Shown: piece by piece, positions 18,308-27,484 of the stretch
Numbering within the stretch: position 1 is the first letter of the stretch
Layout of the letters: each line of letters opens with the position of its first letter
Source of the DNA: an uncultured Clostridia bacterium
GTDB lineage: Bacteria; Bacillota; Clostridia; TANB77; CAG-465
DNA: 64,000 bases
Reading direction: 5' to 3'
Assembly (NCBI GenBank): GCA_944383015.1
Contig: CALWOC010000001.1
Location: forward strand, 148,997 to 212,996
The notes under the pieces: generated by a model
Database searches by the model: none
What the model was told of the DNA's origin: nothing
Seen by the model: the letters and a program-made list of their open reading frames with translations, nothing else
Program-made: the position numbers and the translations under genes

Positions 18308-19501
18308 TTATTTTACAATAGCAGATATTTTTCCATCTGTAAGTATTATTTTTATCTCATCATTACTATTTACATCACTTACTTTTTTTATTACTTTTCC
18401 ATCTACATTTTCTGTAACACTATAACCTCTAGTTAACGTTTTTAAAGGACTTAATGTATCTATCTTTGTAATACTCTTTATACATCTTGTCCTATATCTC
18501 TCAATCTTATATCTTAGCAAAGATTCAGATTTAGACATAAGACTATCTATAGTCATTCTATACTTATTTATTTTTTCTAAAGGAACTTTTTCTAACTTAG
18601 AAGCTTTAAGCCTTTCTACATATTGTCTTCTTCTTTCAATATAATTTTTAATAGCTATAACAATTCTATTTTTATCTTTTAAAATCCTATTTACTATCTC
18701 AGTATACTCTGGATAAACAAGTTCAGCTGCAGCAGATGGTGTTGGAGCCCTTAAATCTGAAACAAAATCACAAATAGTAAAATCTGTTTCATGTCCTACA
18801 GCTGATACTACAGGAATATTTGAAGCAAATATTTCTCTTGCAAGATTTTCATCATTAAATCCAAACAAATCTTCAAAAGAACCTCCACCTCTTGCTATTA
18901 TAATTACATCTACATTATTCAATTTATTAAAAGTTCTAAGACCCTCAATTACAGTACTTGAAACATTTACACCTTGTACTGCAGCAGGATATATAAGTAA
19001 ATTGACATTAGGATATCTTCTTGTTGTAACATTTATTATATCTCTAACTACAGCACCTGTCCTTGATGTTATAACACCAACTCTTTTAGGTAAAAACGGT
19101 ATTTTTTTCTTATTTTTATCATCAAAAAGACCTTCCTTGCTAAGCTTCTCTTTTAACTGTTCATAAGCAAGGTAAAGGTCTCCTAGTCCGTCAGGACTCA
19201 TTGATTTACAATATATTTGATAAACACCATCTCTTTCAAATACACTTACTTGTCCATTAATAATAACCTTCATACCATCAGCTGGTTTAAATTTTACATA
19301 CTGTGCATATCCTTTAAACATAACACATTTTATTGTTGAAGCCTCATCTTTTAATGTAAAATAATAATGCCCTGTATAATGTGCTTTAAAGTTAGTAATT
19401 TCACCTTTTATACTAATATTATTTAAAAGATCATCACTATCAAAAAGCATCTTAACATATTTATTTATTTCTGATACACTAAAAATCTTCTTTTGTTCCA
19501 T
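18308..19501 (-). CDS. xseA: exodeoxyribonuclease VII large subunit
   Basis: An N-terminal OB fold (VKGEITNFK) and the central catalytic region are present. The length is 397 aa. The gene order nusB-xseA-xseB is conserved. Confidence 0.9.
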   Translation of the reverse strand: MEQKKIFSVSEINKYVKMLFDSDDLLNNISIKGEITNFKAHYTGHYYFTLKDEASTIKCVMFKGYAQYVKFKPADGMKVIINGQVSVFERDGVYQIYCKSMSPDGLGDLYLAYEQLKEKLSKEGLFDDKNKKKIPFLPKRVGVITSRTGAVVRDIINVTTRRYPNVNLLIYPAAVQGVNVSSTVIEGLRTFNKLNNVDVIIIARGGGSFEDLFGFNDENLAREIFASNIPVVSAVGHETDFTICDFVSDLRAPTPSAAAELVYPEYTEIVNRILKDKNRIVIAIKNYIERRRQYVERLKASKLEKVPLEKINKYRMTIDSLMSKSESLLRYKIERYRTRCIKSITKIDTLSPLKTLTRGYSVTENVDGKVIKKVSDVNSNDEIKIILTDGKISAIVK

Positions 19502-19502
19502 T

Positions 19503-19910
19503 CTATACTTCCTTACTTTCTATAACTTTTGCAATAAGTCCATTAACAAATGATTTTGAATCGTTATTTCCATAAGTCTTCGCAAGCTCTACTGCTTCAT
19601 TAGCGCTTACTTTTTCAGGTATATCTTCCATATATTTTATCTCATAAATAGCTAATCTTAAAATAGCCAAATCAATCTTTGCTATTCTATCAATAGACCA
19701 GTTTTTTAAATTAGCTAAAATAATGCTATCTATTTGCTCAAGTCTATCTTTTATTCCTCTTACAACTTTTTCAATATAGTCTTTTTCTGTTTGACTAACA
19801 TTATTTTCTTCATAGCAATTTCTAAGGATATTATCTATATTTTCATTTCTACCAAACTCTAGTTCATAAACGCACTTAAATGCATTATCTCTTGCCTTTT
19901 TTCTACTCAT
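19503..19910 (-). CDS. nusB: transcription antitermination factor NusB
   Basis: The 135-aa protein begins MSRKKARDNAFKCVYELEF, which is typical of NusB. Confidence 0.9.
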   Translation of the reverse strand: MSRKKARDNAFKCVYELEFGRNENIDNILRNCYEENNVSQTEKDYIEKVVRGIKDRLEQIDSIILANLKNWSIDRIAKIDLAILRLAIYEIKYMEDIPEKVSANEAVELAKTYGNNDSKSFVNGLIAKVIESKEV

Positions 19911-19939
19911 TTTTTAACAAACTCCTATTCTAAACAATT

Positions 19940-20191
19940 TTATTTTTTATCTTCATTATCTCTATAATAATATACTTCTTGCTTAAAACCTTTTCTTTTA
20001 ATAAAATCTTTTATTCTTTCTTCATTGTCTTGTACTTTTTTTCCTAAAAATACAGCACCAGCTATCAAAGCAAGCAATATTACAGCTCTAGTTAAAAAAT
20101 CTACTATTCCAATTGCATATAAAATTACAACAATTGTAACAAATAATATAACAAACTTGTTTTTAGCTACATAATCAAAAAAATCTTTCAT
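19940..20191 (-). CDS. DUF2273-like small integral membrane protein
   Basis: The 83-aa protein has two TM helices. It sits in the Asp23 / AmaP / DUF2273 arrangement. Confidence 0.45.
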   Translation of the reverse strand: MKDFFDYVAKNKFVILFVTIVVILYAIGIVDFLTRAVILLALIAGAVFLGKKVQDNEERIKDFIKRKGFKQEVYYYRDNEDKK

Positions 20192-20210
20192 TCTATCACA
20201 CCCTTAATAT

Positions 20211-20753
20211 TTAATTTGCTTTTTTTTGTGGTTCCATATAAACGCCTTTAATTTTTACATTAGCCTCTTTAATCTCTACAGTAGTTTGTTTTTTTACTGC
20301 TGATTTTATATTTTCTTGTAATTTACTAGATAATGTTGGAACTATTGTATCTGGTAATATCATAGAATATACATTTGCTTTTATACCATCTTCTGAAATA
20401 ACAACATCAACTTTTGGATTTACAAGTTCTGGATAATTTCTTGCAACAGACATAATCATTGATTCAAATGTATCTCTATTTAAAAATACAGTACCAGAAT
20501 CATTTTTTATAGCTAGTCCACTTCTAGATTCATCTGAAGAATCTGAAGAAGAGAATAATCCAACAAGTCCTAGTAAAGAAACAATTGCACCTATTACTAA
20601 TACCCATAGTTTATTTGCAACTAAAAATTCAATTGCTGCTGTATATAAATCACTTATATTTATCATATTTGTAGATACAAGTATAAAAAATACTGATAGT
20701 ACTATCATTATGATGGAAAACAAACATAAAATAAATTTTTCAAATCCTCTCAT
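20211..20753 (-). CDS. amaP: alkaline-shock-response membrane anchor protein AmaP-like
   Basis: An N-terminal TM helix, an SSDSSDE linker and a C-terminal domain are present. It is immediately downstream of the Asp23-family gene. Confidence 0.5.
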   Translation of the reverse strand: MRGFEKFILCLFSIIMIVLSVFFILVSTNMINISDLYTAAIEFLVANKLWVLVIGAIVSLLGLVGLFSSSDSSDESRSGLAIKNDSGTVFLNRDTFESMIMSVARNYPELVNPKVDVVISEDGIKANVYSMILPDTIVPTLSSKLQENIKSAVKKQTTVEIKEANVKIKGVYMEPQKKAN

Positions 20754-20831
20754 ATCTCATTATCCCCCTCATTTAATATAACACATAGCCCAAACTATAA
20801 ATTTGAGTTCGGGCTATATAATTAATGCAAT

Positions 20832-21278
20832 CTATTCCTCTGTTGTAGTTTCTTCTACATCCTTTTTTTCTTCCTTATCAAAAGTAATTCCTTGAACATT
20901 AATGTTAACAGCAGCAACTTCTAATCCTGTCATATTTTCAACAGCATTTTTAACTGCTGTTTGAGCTGCCCAAGCAACATCTGGAATTCTAACACCATAT
21001 TTAACATTTACGAAAATATCAACTGTTACTTTTTTACCATTAAGTTCTATTTTTACACCTTTTGAATATTTTTTGCTACTTCCAAGAATTTGATTGATAC
21101 CATCAACAAATCCAAGTGTCATTCCAGCAATGCCTTCTACTTCTGAAGCTGCAAGACCAGCAATAATACCAATAACATCCTCAGATATATTTAAATTTGT
21201 AGCAATTTCAACCTTTTCATCTGTCCCATCTGTAGTTTCTACTACCTCTTCTACAACTTTTTCTTCTTTTTTACTCAT
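20832..21278 (-). CDS. Asp23/Gls24 family envelope stress protein
   Basis: The core GIAGMTLGFVDGI...GVKIELNGKKVTVDIFVNVKYGVRIPDVAWAAQTAVKNAVENMTGLEV is the Asp23 core. The start was placed at the second ATG, 9 nt after AGGAGG. Confidence 0.75.
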   Translation of the reverse strand: MSKKEEKVVEEVVETTDGTDEKVEIATNLNISEDVIGIIAGLAASEVEGIAGMTLGFVDGINQILGSSKKYSKGVKIELNGKKVTVDIFVNVKYGVRIPDVAWAAQTAVKNAVENMTGLEVAAVNINVQGITFDKEEKKDVEETTTEE

Positions 21279-21382
21279 AATCATTTTCCTCCTTTGTAGA
21301 ACAAATCTACTTACTGATAATATTATATCCTATTTTATATTAAAAGTCACGTATTTAACAAAAAAATCAATAATTACACAAA

Positions 21383-21736
21383 TTAATCATCTATTATTTT
21401 TGTTCCAAGTTTTTTTCCTCCAAGTAAATGATAATGTAAATGTTTAACTTCTTGCCCACCATCTTTTCCACAATTACATATAACTCTATATCCAGATTCA
21501 TTTACTCCCATTATTTTTGCCACTTCTTTAAAAGCTTCTTGTACTTTTGCTACATATTCAACATTTTCCTTGTTTATATGCTCTAAATCTTCAATATGAA
21601 TTTTAGGTATAACTAAAATATGTACAGGTGCTACTGGATTTAAGTCTTTAAATGCACATACATATTCGTTTTCGTAAACAATATTACTAGGAATATCTCC
21701 TTTAATTATTTTACAAAAAATACAATTTTCATCCAT
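21383..21736 (-). CDS. HIT-family (histidine triad) nucleotide hydrolase
   Basis: The motif HLHYHLLGG matches HxHxHxx, and CIFCKI lies near the N-terminus. Confidence 0.8.
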   Translation of the reverse strand: MDENCIFCKIIKGDIPSNIVYENEYVCAFKDLNPVAPVHILVIPKIHIEDLEHINKENVEYVAKVQEAFKEVAKIMGVNESGYRVICNCGKDGGQEVKHLHYHLLGGKKLGTKIIDD

Positions 21737-21749
21737 TTTCATTTACCTC

Positions 21750-22265
21750 CTATATTTTATATTTTTTACCAAGAGTAGATTTTAATATCTCTGATAATTC
21801 ATTATAATTACCATCCATTTTATCTTTACTACATATAAAAGCTTGATTAGATGAAATATATAAATATATGTATTTTTTTAAATCTACAATCTTATATAAT
21901 TCTTTATAATTTAACTCTCCTTTTGCCATCTCTTTTCCATCTTTTATTGTTTTAGTAACTACTTTTTCTTCATAAAATTCAAATTCAACATCTGCTTCTG
22001 AAGAAATCTTTGATGACTTTAATACCTTCTTTGCATTTATTTTAGGTAAAACTAAAAGTTCAATAAACCAAATAATACCAACTAAAATAGTTATAGCCCT
22101 AAGCTCAATAGAAGAATTAATTGAAACTATACCAAAAATAATTAATAATATAGATAAAATTGTAACAATTTTAGACTGTAAAGATGAGTATAAATTATAT
22201 CTATTAAAATCTGTTAATACCTTTAAGTCATACTTTGAATTTGCTTTTAATATTAGTTTTTCCAT
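21750..22265 (-). CDS. YcxB-like membrane protein
   Basis: Two central TM helices and a small protein size fit this family. The match is weak. Confidence 0.35.
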   Translation of the reverse strand: MEKLILKANSKYDLKVLTDFNRYNLYSSLQSKIVTILSILLIIFGIVSINSSIELRAITILVGIIWFIELLVLPKINAKKVLKSSKISSEADVEFEFYEEKVVTKTIKDGKEMAKGELNYKELYKIVDLKKYIYLYISSNQAFICSKDKMDGNYNELSEILKSTLGKKYKI

Positions 22266-22277
22266 AAAAACACCTAC

Positions 22278-24044
22278 TTACTGTATAAAAACTGCTTTTA
22301 TTCTTCTTACACCAGCAGATACCGCTTCTTCTTTTTTTATCTTTATATGTGGTATATTTGATGTATTTTCTACATGTGGTCCTCCACAAAGTTCTGAAGA
22401 GACATCTCCTATTGAATATACTGTAACAACATCTGGATATCTTTCTATAAACATACACTCAGCACCAGATTTTAGTGCTTCATCTTTGCTCATTTCCTTC
22501 TTTACAACATCATATCCAGCATCTATCCATTTATTTACAAGTTCTTCAATTTTTTGCTTTTCTTCATCTGTTAATTTATGATCACAAGAAAAATCAAAAC
22601 GCATTCTTTCAGATGTTATATTACTTCCTTTTTGATGTACATCACTTCCAACAACAACTTTTAATGCAGCATTTAATAAATGAGTTGCTGTATGATATTG
22701 AGTCTCAGTTTCTCCTGTTGAAGCAAGACCACCTTTAAACTTTTCTTTTGAACCAGCTCTTGATTTTTCTTGATGAGCTTTAAATTTTTCTTTAAATCCT
22801 TCTTCATCAACTTTTATTCCCATCTCTGATGCAAGTTCAACTGTAAGTTCAATTGGAAAACCAAATGTATCATATAGCCTAAAGGCATTATCTTTATCCA
22901 TTTTTCCATCAACAATTTTAGAAGCAATCTTTTCAAATTCTTTTAAACCTTTTTCAAGTGTTCTATTAAATTTTACTTTCTCACTTTTCAAGACATCTAT
23001 TACTACTTGTCTATTTTCCTCTAATTCCACATAATATTTTTTATATTTATTTATAATTAAAGTAGCAACTTCTTCTTCCCAATTAGAATTAATATCTATA
23101 TCTAATTTTTTAGCATATCTTATTGCTCTTCTTATAAGTCTTCTTAAGATGTACCCTTGATCTGTATTACTTGGCTTTATACCTGATGGGTCAGCACTTA
23201 TAAATACGGCACTTCTAATATGATCAGCTATAATTCTCATAGCTTTCTCATTACCTTTATAAGGTAGCTTTGATATTTCTTCAATTTTTTCAATTACATC
23301 TTTCCAAATTGAGGATGCATAGTTATCTGAAACACCCTCAAGTACTGCAGTTATTCTCTCTACTCCCATACCTGTATCAACATTTTTCTTTGGAAGATCT
23401 GTAAAAGTTCCATCAGAATTATGATTATACTGCATAAATACATTATTCCATATTTCTACCCAACGATCATCTTCTGGATCAAATTCTTCTGGGACTTCTT
23501 CATCAGTACTAAAATAAAAAATTTCTGTATCTGGTCCACATGGTCCTGTAAGCTCCATGTTTGGCCACCAGTTATCATCCTCTCCTAGATATTTTATTCT
23601 TTTATCTGATATTCCCATTTTTCTCCAAATATTTGCAGATTCATCATCTGGAGCAACTATATCATTTCCTTTAAATACAGTTACTGCAAGTCTTTCTACT
23701 GGTATATTTAAAACTTTTGTTAAAAATTCAAAACTCCAAGCAATACTTTCATTCTTAAAGTAATCTCCTAAACTCCAATTTCCAAGCATTTCAAAAAATG
23801 TATGATGTGTTGTGTCTCCCACTTCATCCAAATCATTTGTTCTCATACACTTTTGATAATCGCAAAGTCTTGTTCCATATGGATGATGTTCTCCCATTAA
23901 ATATGGAACTAAAGGCTGCATTCCTGCTGTATTAAATAATACAGATGGATCATTTTCTGGTACAACAGGAGCACTTGGAATTTGTTTATGTCCCTTTGAT
24001 TCAAAAAAGTTTATATATTTTTCTCTAATATTTAATTGTTCCAT
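22278..24044 (-). CDS. alaS: alanine--tRNA ligase, short form (catalytic + tRNA-recognition + editing domains, no C-Ala domain)
   Basis: The class II aaRS N-terminus (MEQLNIREKYINFFESKGH ... FNTAGM) is present. The editing-domain zinc motifs HTATHLLNAAL and CGGPHV are present. The protein ends about 30 aa after the second motif, giving 589 aa from the RBS-supported ATG at 24044. Confidence 0.85.
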   Translation of the reverse strand: MEQLNIREKYINFFESKGHKQIPSAPVVPENDPSVLFNTAGMQPLVPYLMGEHHPYGTRLCDYQKCMRTNDLDEVGDTTHHTFFEMLGNWSLGDYFKNESIAWSFEFLTKVLNIPVERLAVTVFKGNDIVAPDDESANIWRKMGISDKRIKYLGEDDNWWPNMELTGPCGPDTEIFYFSTDEEVPEEFDPEDDRWVEIWNNVFMQYNHNSDGTFTDLPKKNVDTGMGVERITAVLEGVSDNYASSIWKDVIEKIEEISKLPYKGNEKAMRIIADHIRSAVFISADPSGIKPSNTDQGYILRRLIRRAIRYAKKLDIDINSNWEEEVATLIINKYKKYYVELEENRQVVIDVLKSEKVKFNRTLEKGLKEFEKIASKIVDGKMDKDNAFRLYDTFGFPIELTVELASEMGIKVDEEGFKEKFKAHQEKSRAGSKEKFKGGLASTGETETQYHTATHLLNAALKVVVGSDVHQKGSNITSERMRFDFSCDHKLTDEEKQKIEELVNKWIDAGYDVVKKEMSKDEALKSGAECMFIERYPDVVTVYSIGDVSSELCGGPHVENTSNIPHIKIKKEEAVSAGVRRIKAVFIQ

Positions 24045-24212
24045 TATACATATCTCCATTTCATAAAAATTTAAAAAGCACTTAAAAATGCTTATATTTA
24101 GCCATTTCATTATATCAAAAAAATATTATATAGTCAATAAAATACTGGGCAATTATATTGCTTTTTAATATAACTTATGTTAAACTTATTATTGTTTTAT
24201 ATGGAGGTAGAA

Positions 24213-24938
24213 ATGTTACAAACAATAACTGGAAGAATAAGAAGAGCAATAGATGACTATGATATGATAGAAGAAGGAGATAAAATTGCAATAGCTTTAT
24301 CTGGTGGAAAAGATAGTATTACGCTTCTTTATGCACTTCACAACTTAAAAAGATTTTATCCTAAAAATTTTGAGATTATTGCAATAACTATTCATCCAGA
24401 TAGTGATACTTTTAAAACAGATAAACTAGAAGAACTATGTAAAAAATTACAGATAGAATACATCATTTATCATTCTGATTTGTCCAATATAGTTTTTAAT
24501 ATTAGAAAAGAAAAAAATCCATGTTCTTTATGTGCAAATCTAAGACGTGGAATGCTAAATACTTTAGCAATTGAAAATGGATGTAATAAAATAGCACTTG
24601 GTCATCATCTAGACGACGTAATAGAAACACTTTTTATGAATATGTGTCTAAACGGAAAAATACATACATTTTCTCCTGTTACAAGCTTTGCAAATTCTAC
24701 AGTAAAAGTAATAAGACCAATGATATATGTATATGAAAAAGAAACTCGTGCACTCTCTAGAAAAATGAATTTTCCTCTTATTGGTAAATGCTGTCCAAAA
24801 GATGGTGATACAATGAGAGAATATATGAAAAACTTAATATTTAATTTAAGAAAAGACATACCAAAAGTAAGAGAAAATTTAATAGGAGCTATTATTAGGT
24901 CTGATATACCTGGATGGAAAAAAGACAAGAGTATTTAA
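24213..24938 (+). CDS. PP-loop ATPase of the TtcA/TilS-like tRNA thiolation/modification family
   Basis: The PP-loop SGGKDS and the cysteine pairs CSLCANLRRG and CCPKDG are present. The length is about 240 aa. Confidence 0.65.
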   Translation: MLQTITGRIRRAIDDYDMIEEGDKIAIALSGGKDSITLLYALHNLKRFYPKNFEIIAITIHPDSDTFKTDKLEELCKKLQIEYIIYHSDLSNIVFNIRKEKNPCSLCANLRRGMLNTLAIENGCNKIALGHHLDDVIETLFMNMCLNGKIHTFSPVTSFANSTVKVIRPMIYVYEKETRALSRKMNFPLIGKCCPKDGDTMREYMKNLIFNLRKDIPKVRENLIGAIIRSDIPGWKKDKSI

Positions 24939-24949
24939 AATTCTTGTCT

Positions 24950-25294
24950 TTATTTTTTTAATTCAATTCTAATTCCTATAACACCATATTGATTTTGTTT
25001 TTCTTTTGAATAAAATTTATCTAATATTTTTAATAATTCTTCTTTTGTTGTATTAATATCTGAAAGCATTTCTATAGGATAATCATCAATTAGCGTTTCA
25101 AAGTTTTCATAAATTAAAAGTCCTTTAACTTTTGTAATAATACTCTCAGTTAAATCAGGCTCTTTTTTAAATTCTATTTCATCTCCAACTTTTATGTTTT
25201 TTCTTTTTTCATCTAAAAGTCTAAGTTCTATTAATTTAATACCATTTTTCATAGAGTTATAGTATCTTGGTTGTAATTTTAATATATGTCTCAT
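24950..25294 (-). CDS. ASCH-domain protein
   Basis: The 114-aa protein has IELRLLDEKRKNIKVGDEIEF and is paralogous to the frameshifted gene at 5888. Confidence 0.6.
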   Translation of the reverse strand: MRHILKLQPRYYNSMKNGIKLIELRLLDEKRKNIKVGDEIEFKKEPDLTESIITKVKGLLIYENFETLIDDYPIEMLSDINTTKEELLKILDKFYSKEKQNQYGVIGIRIELKK

Positions 25295-25369
25295 TATTAA
25301 ATCCTCCTATGTCATTATAACACTTAATGTCAAATAAAGGAATAGCTTATTTTAAGCTATTCCTTTGTA

Positions 25370-26974
25370 TTAATTTTCATTATCTATTTGCTCTTCAAGC
25401 ATCTTTTTAATATCCTCATCATTCAAATTTTCAAATATATTAAAAGTAAGCTCGTCTTTTGGTCCATCATTTTTATCTAAATCTACTAGTTTTATTCCAG
25501 ATGAATTTATTTCCTCTGCTCTATAAGTACCTTTTTCTAAACTTCCTTTTCTTTCTATTTTTTGAGGAATGTCATCTGAATTTGCAGTATCTTCCAATAA
25601 ATCTACTTTAGGTGGATCAATTTTTACATTTGTTTTTACTAAATCATCTTGAGGCGGAAGCTTTACATCTTCTTGTCTTTTATCTACTTTTAAAATTGTT
25701 TTATCTGAATCATCTGGTCCATTATTATTAGTTAACTTTTTAATTTTTTTTCTTAAAACTATTATATATATAAATTCAATTAGTACTAAAAGATACATTA
25801 AAACAAGTAAATAATTTTTCTTAATCGCTGCCCATATATATTTTATATACGAAAGAATGACCTCTTTTTTGCTCTTTGAGTCTTGTATATCTTTTAAATA
25901 GTCTTTCATTTCCTGCTCTGACTTTTCTTCCTCAGTTGCAGTTTTTACTATATATTTTATTTTATATTCCTTAGTTGTTGTTCCATCTGGTGCTGTAACT
26001 TTTATGATAATCTCTCCTTCACCAGAATCAACTAATTTATCTGCTCCAACTATTTCAATTTTTGCATCTTTATCTTTTGCAGAAGCTATAACATTTAAAG
26101 ATTTAACAGTTGATAATATCTCACCTATATCATATTCAAAAACTTCTGATTGGAATTTCTTATTTAGTTCATATCCTTCAATAATTAAACTTTCTAAATA
26201 TGCATTAGATTTCTCTTTATCTGCACTTTTTGTAACTATAATATTATATATCCTATAATATCCATTTTGTGCTGTTACTTTTATAGTAATTATATTATCT
26301 CCATCAACTAAATTAGTATTTCCAGAAATTTCAACTCTTGCATTTGGATCTTCAGCTCTTGCAAGTACTTCAATTGAATTTACATTTTGTCCAACTGATA
26401 TAGAATAGTCTGTTACATTTCTAGTAAAGTTTGGTGTTAATCCCTCTTCACTGATTTGAAGATATTTTAAATAGTTATTACCACTTGATGTATTAGAATC
26501 TGGATTTACATTACCAATTGTATTTTGTGTATTGTCTGGAACAGTAGTATTATCATTTGTTTGTTTTTTAGATACATCTATCATTTTTTCTGCAGTAATA
26601 GTTCCAAGTGGATCCATTGCTTCGTTAGCACTTATTGCTCCATTTGTTACTACTGTAATTTTACTTGAACCCTCTTTTAGCGCTCTAAAAGTGTATGTTT
26701 TTGTTCTTATCCCAGAAGATGCTTCTGTTTGATCCCACCAAACCTCTTCGTTTAAACTATCACCAGAAACATATTCAAACATACTTGTATCATATGATAC
26801 ACCTAAGTTATCATATGCAGCTACATTTGTTCCAAAATCAAAAGTAAGAGTAAATGTATCTCCTACATATACACTTGAGTTACCTGTTATACTTGCAGCA
26901 TATATTCTACTTGTAATGACTAACGTAAAAATAAACATAAATACTGCTACTCTCTTGAGCTTTACCTTATTCAT
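25370..26974 (-). CDS. cell-surface protein with two cadherin-like beta-sandwich domains, a TM anchor and a cytoplasmic tail
   Basis: A signal peptide is present. Two repeats of about 90 aa (YLKYLQISEEGLTPNFTRNVTDYSISVG... and AYLESLIIEGYELNKKFQSEVFEYDIGE...) have the cadherin-like pattern. A TM helix (LLVLMYLLVLIEFIYIIVL) is followed by an acidic tail. Confidence 0.5.
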   Translation of the reverse strand: MNKVKLKRVAVFMFIFTLVITSRIYAASITGNSSVYVGDTFTLTFDFGTNVAAYDNLGVSYDTSMFEYVSGDSLNEEVWWDQTEASSGIRTKTYTFRALKEGSSKITVVTNGAISANEAMDPLGTITAEKMIDVSKKQTNDNTTVPDNTQNTIGNVNPDSNTSSGNNYLKYLQISEEGLTPNFTRNVTDYSISVGQNVNSIEVLARAEDPNARVEISGNTNLVDGDNIITIKVTAQNGYYRIYNIIVTKSADKEKSNAYLESLIIEGYELNKKFQSEVFEYDIGEILSTVKSLNVIASAKDKDAKIEIVGADKLVDSGEGEIIIKVTAPDGTTTKEYKIKYIVKTATEEEKSEQEMKDYLKDIQDSKSKKEVILSYIKYIWAAIKKNYLLVLMYLLVLIEFIYIIVLRKKIKKLTNNNGPDDSDKTILKVDKRQEDVKLPPQDDLVKTNVKIDPPKVDLLEDTANSDDIPQKIERKGSLEKGTYRAEEINSSGIKLVDLDKNDGPKDELTFNIFENLNDEDIKKMLEEQIDNEN

Positions 26975-26996
26975 ATATATCCTCCAATAAAATAAT

Positions 26997-27467
26997 TTAC
27001 ATCAATTTTTTAAGTTCTTGCTTTAAATCCTCTTCAAATACAGTATCTTTAGCAAGTGGTAAATACCACTCTACTGTCTCTTTAATATACTTTTGCTTAA
27101 ATTCTTCTGATGCCAAATGAGTCTCAGAAATATTATGAAGCCTATCTGCTAACTTTACCATTTTAGCTATTTCATTATTTTGTATTCTTTCTATATATTC
27201 TTTCATAATATATCCATCTTCTTTTGTTAATAGCTTTACTGCATCAGCAATTGTTTTATTACTTAGTTTTAAAATTTCATTATATGTTGTATCTGTATCT
27301 TCTAATAAATCATGTAACAGTCCAACAATCTGATAGTCTTCTGAAAAACCTTTATCTTTTAAAATTTTAGCAACTTGAAGTGGATGCGTATAATATGGTG
27401 TACCTTGCATTCTCTTTTGTCCATTATGTTTCTTTTTTATATATTCTACGTATCCACTAAAATCCAT
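26997..27467 (-). CDS. small HD-domain hydrolase resembling the RelA/SpoT (p)ppGpp hydrolase domain (small alarmone hydrolase-like)
   Basis: The segment HPLQVAKIL ... GLLHDLLEDT is the HD motif as found in SpoT hydrolase domains. The protein is 156 aa and stands alone. Confidence 0.6.
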   Translation of the reverse strand: MDFSGYVEYIKKKHNGQKRMQGTPYYTHPLQVAKILKDKGFSEDYQIVGLLHDLLEDTDTTYNEILKLSNKTIADAVKLLTKEDGYIMKEYIERIQNNEIAKMVKLADRLHNISETHLASEEFKQKYIKETVEWYLPLAKDTVFEEDLKQELKKLM

Positions 27468-27484
27468 AATAATTTCTCCTTTTT

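Noticed and set aside
24045-24212. Looked for a T-box or other leader upstream of alaS
   Set aside because: The intergenic space is only about 170 nt and is shared with the divergent TtcA-like gene promoter. No GGTGG-N-ACCGCG T-box core or terminator/antiterminator pair is present.
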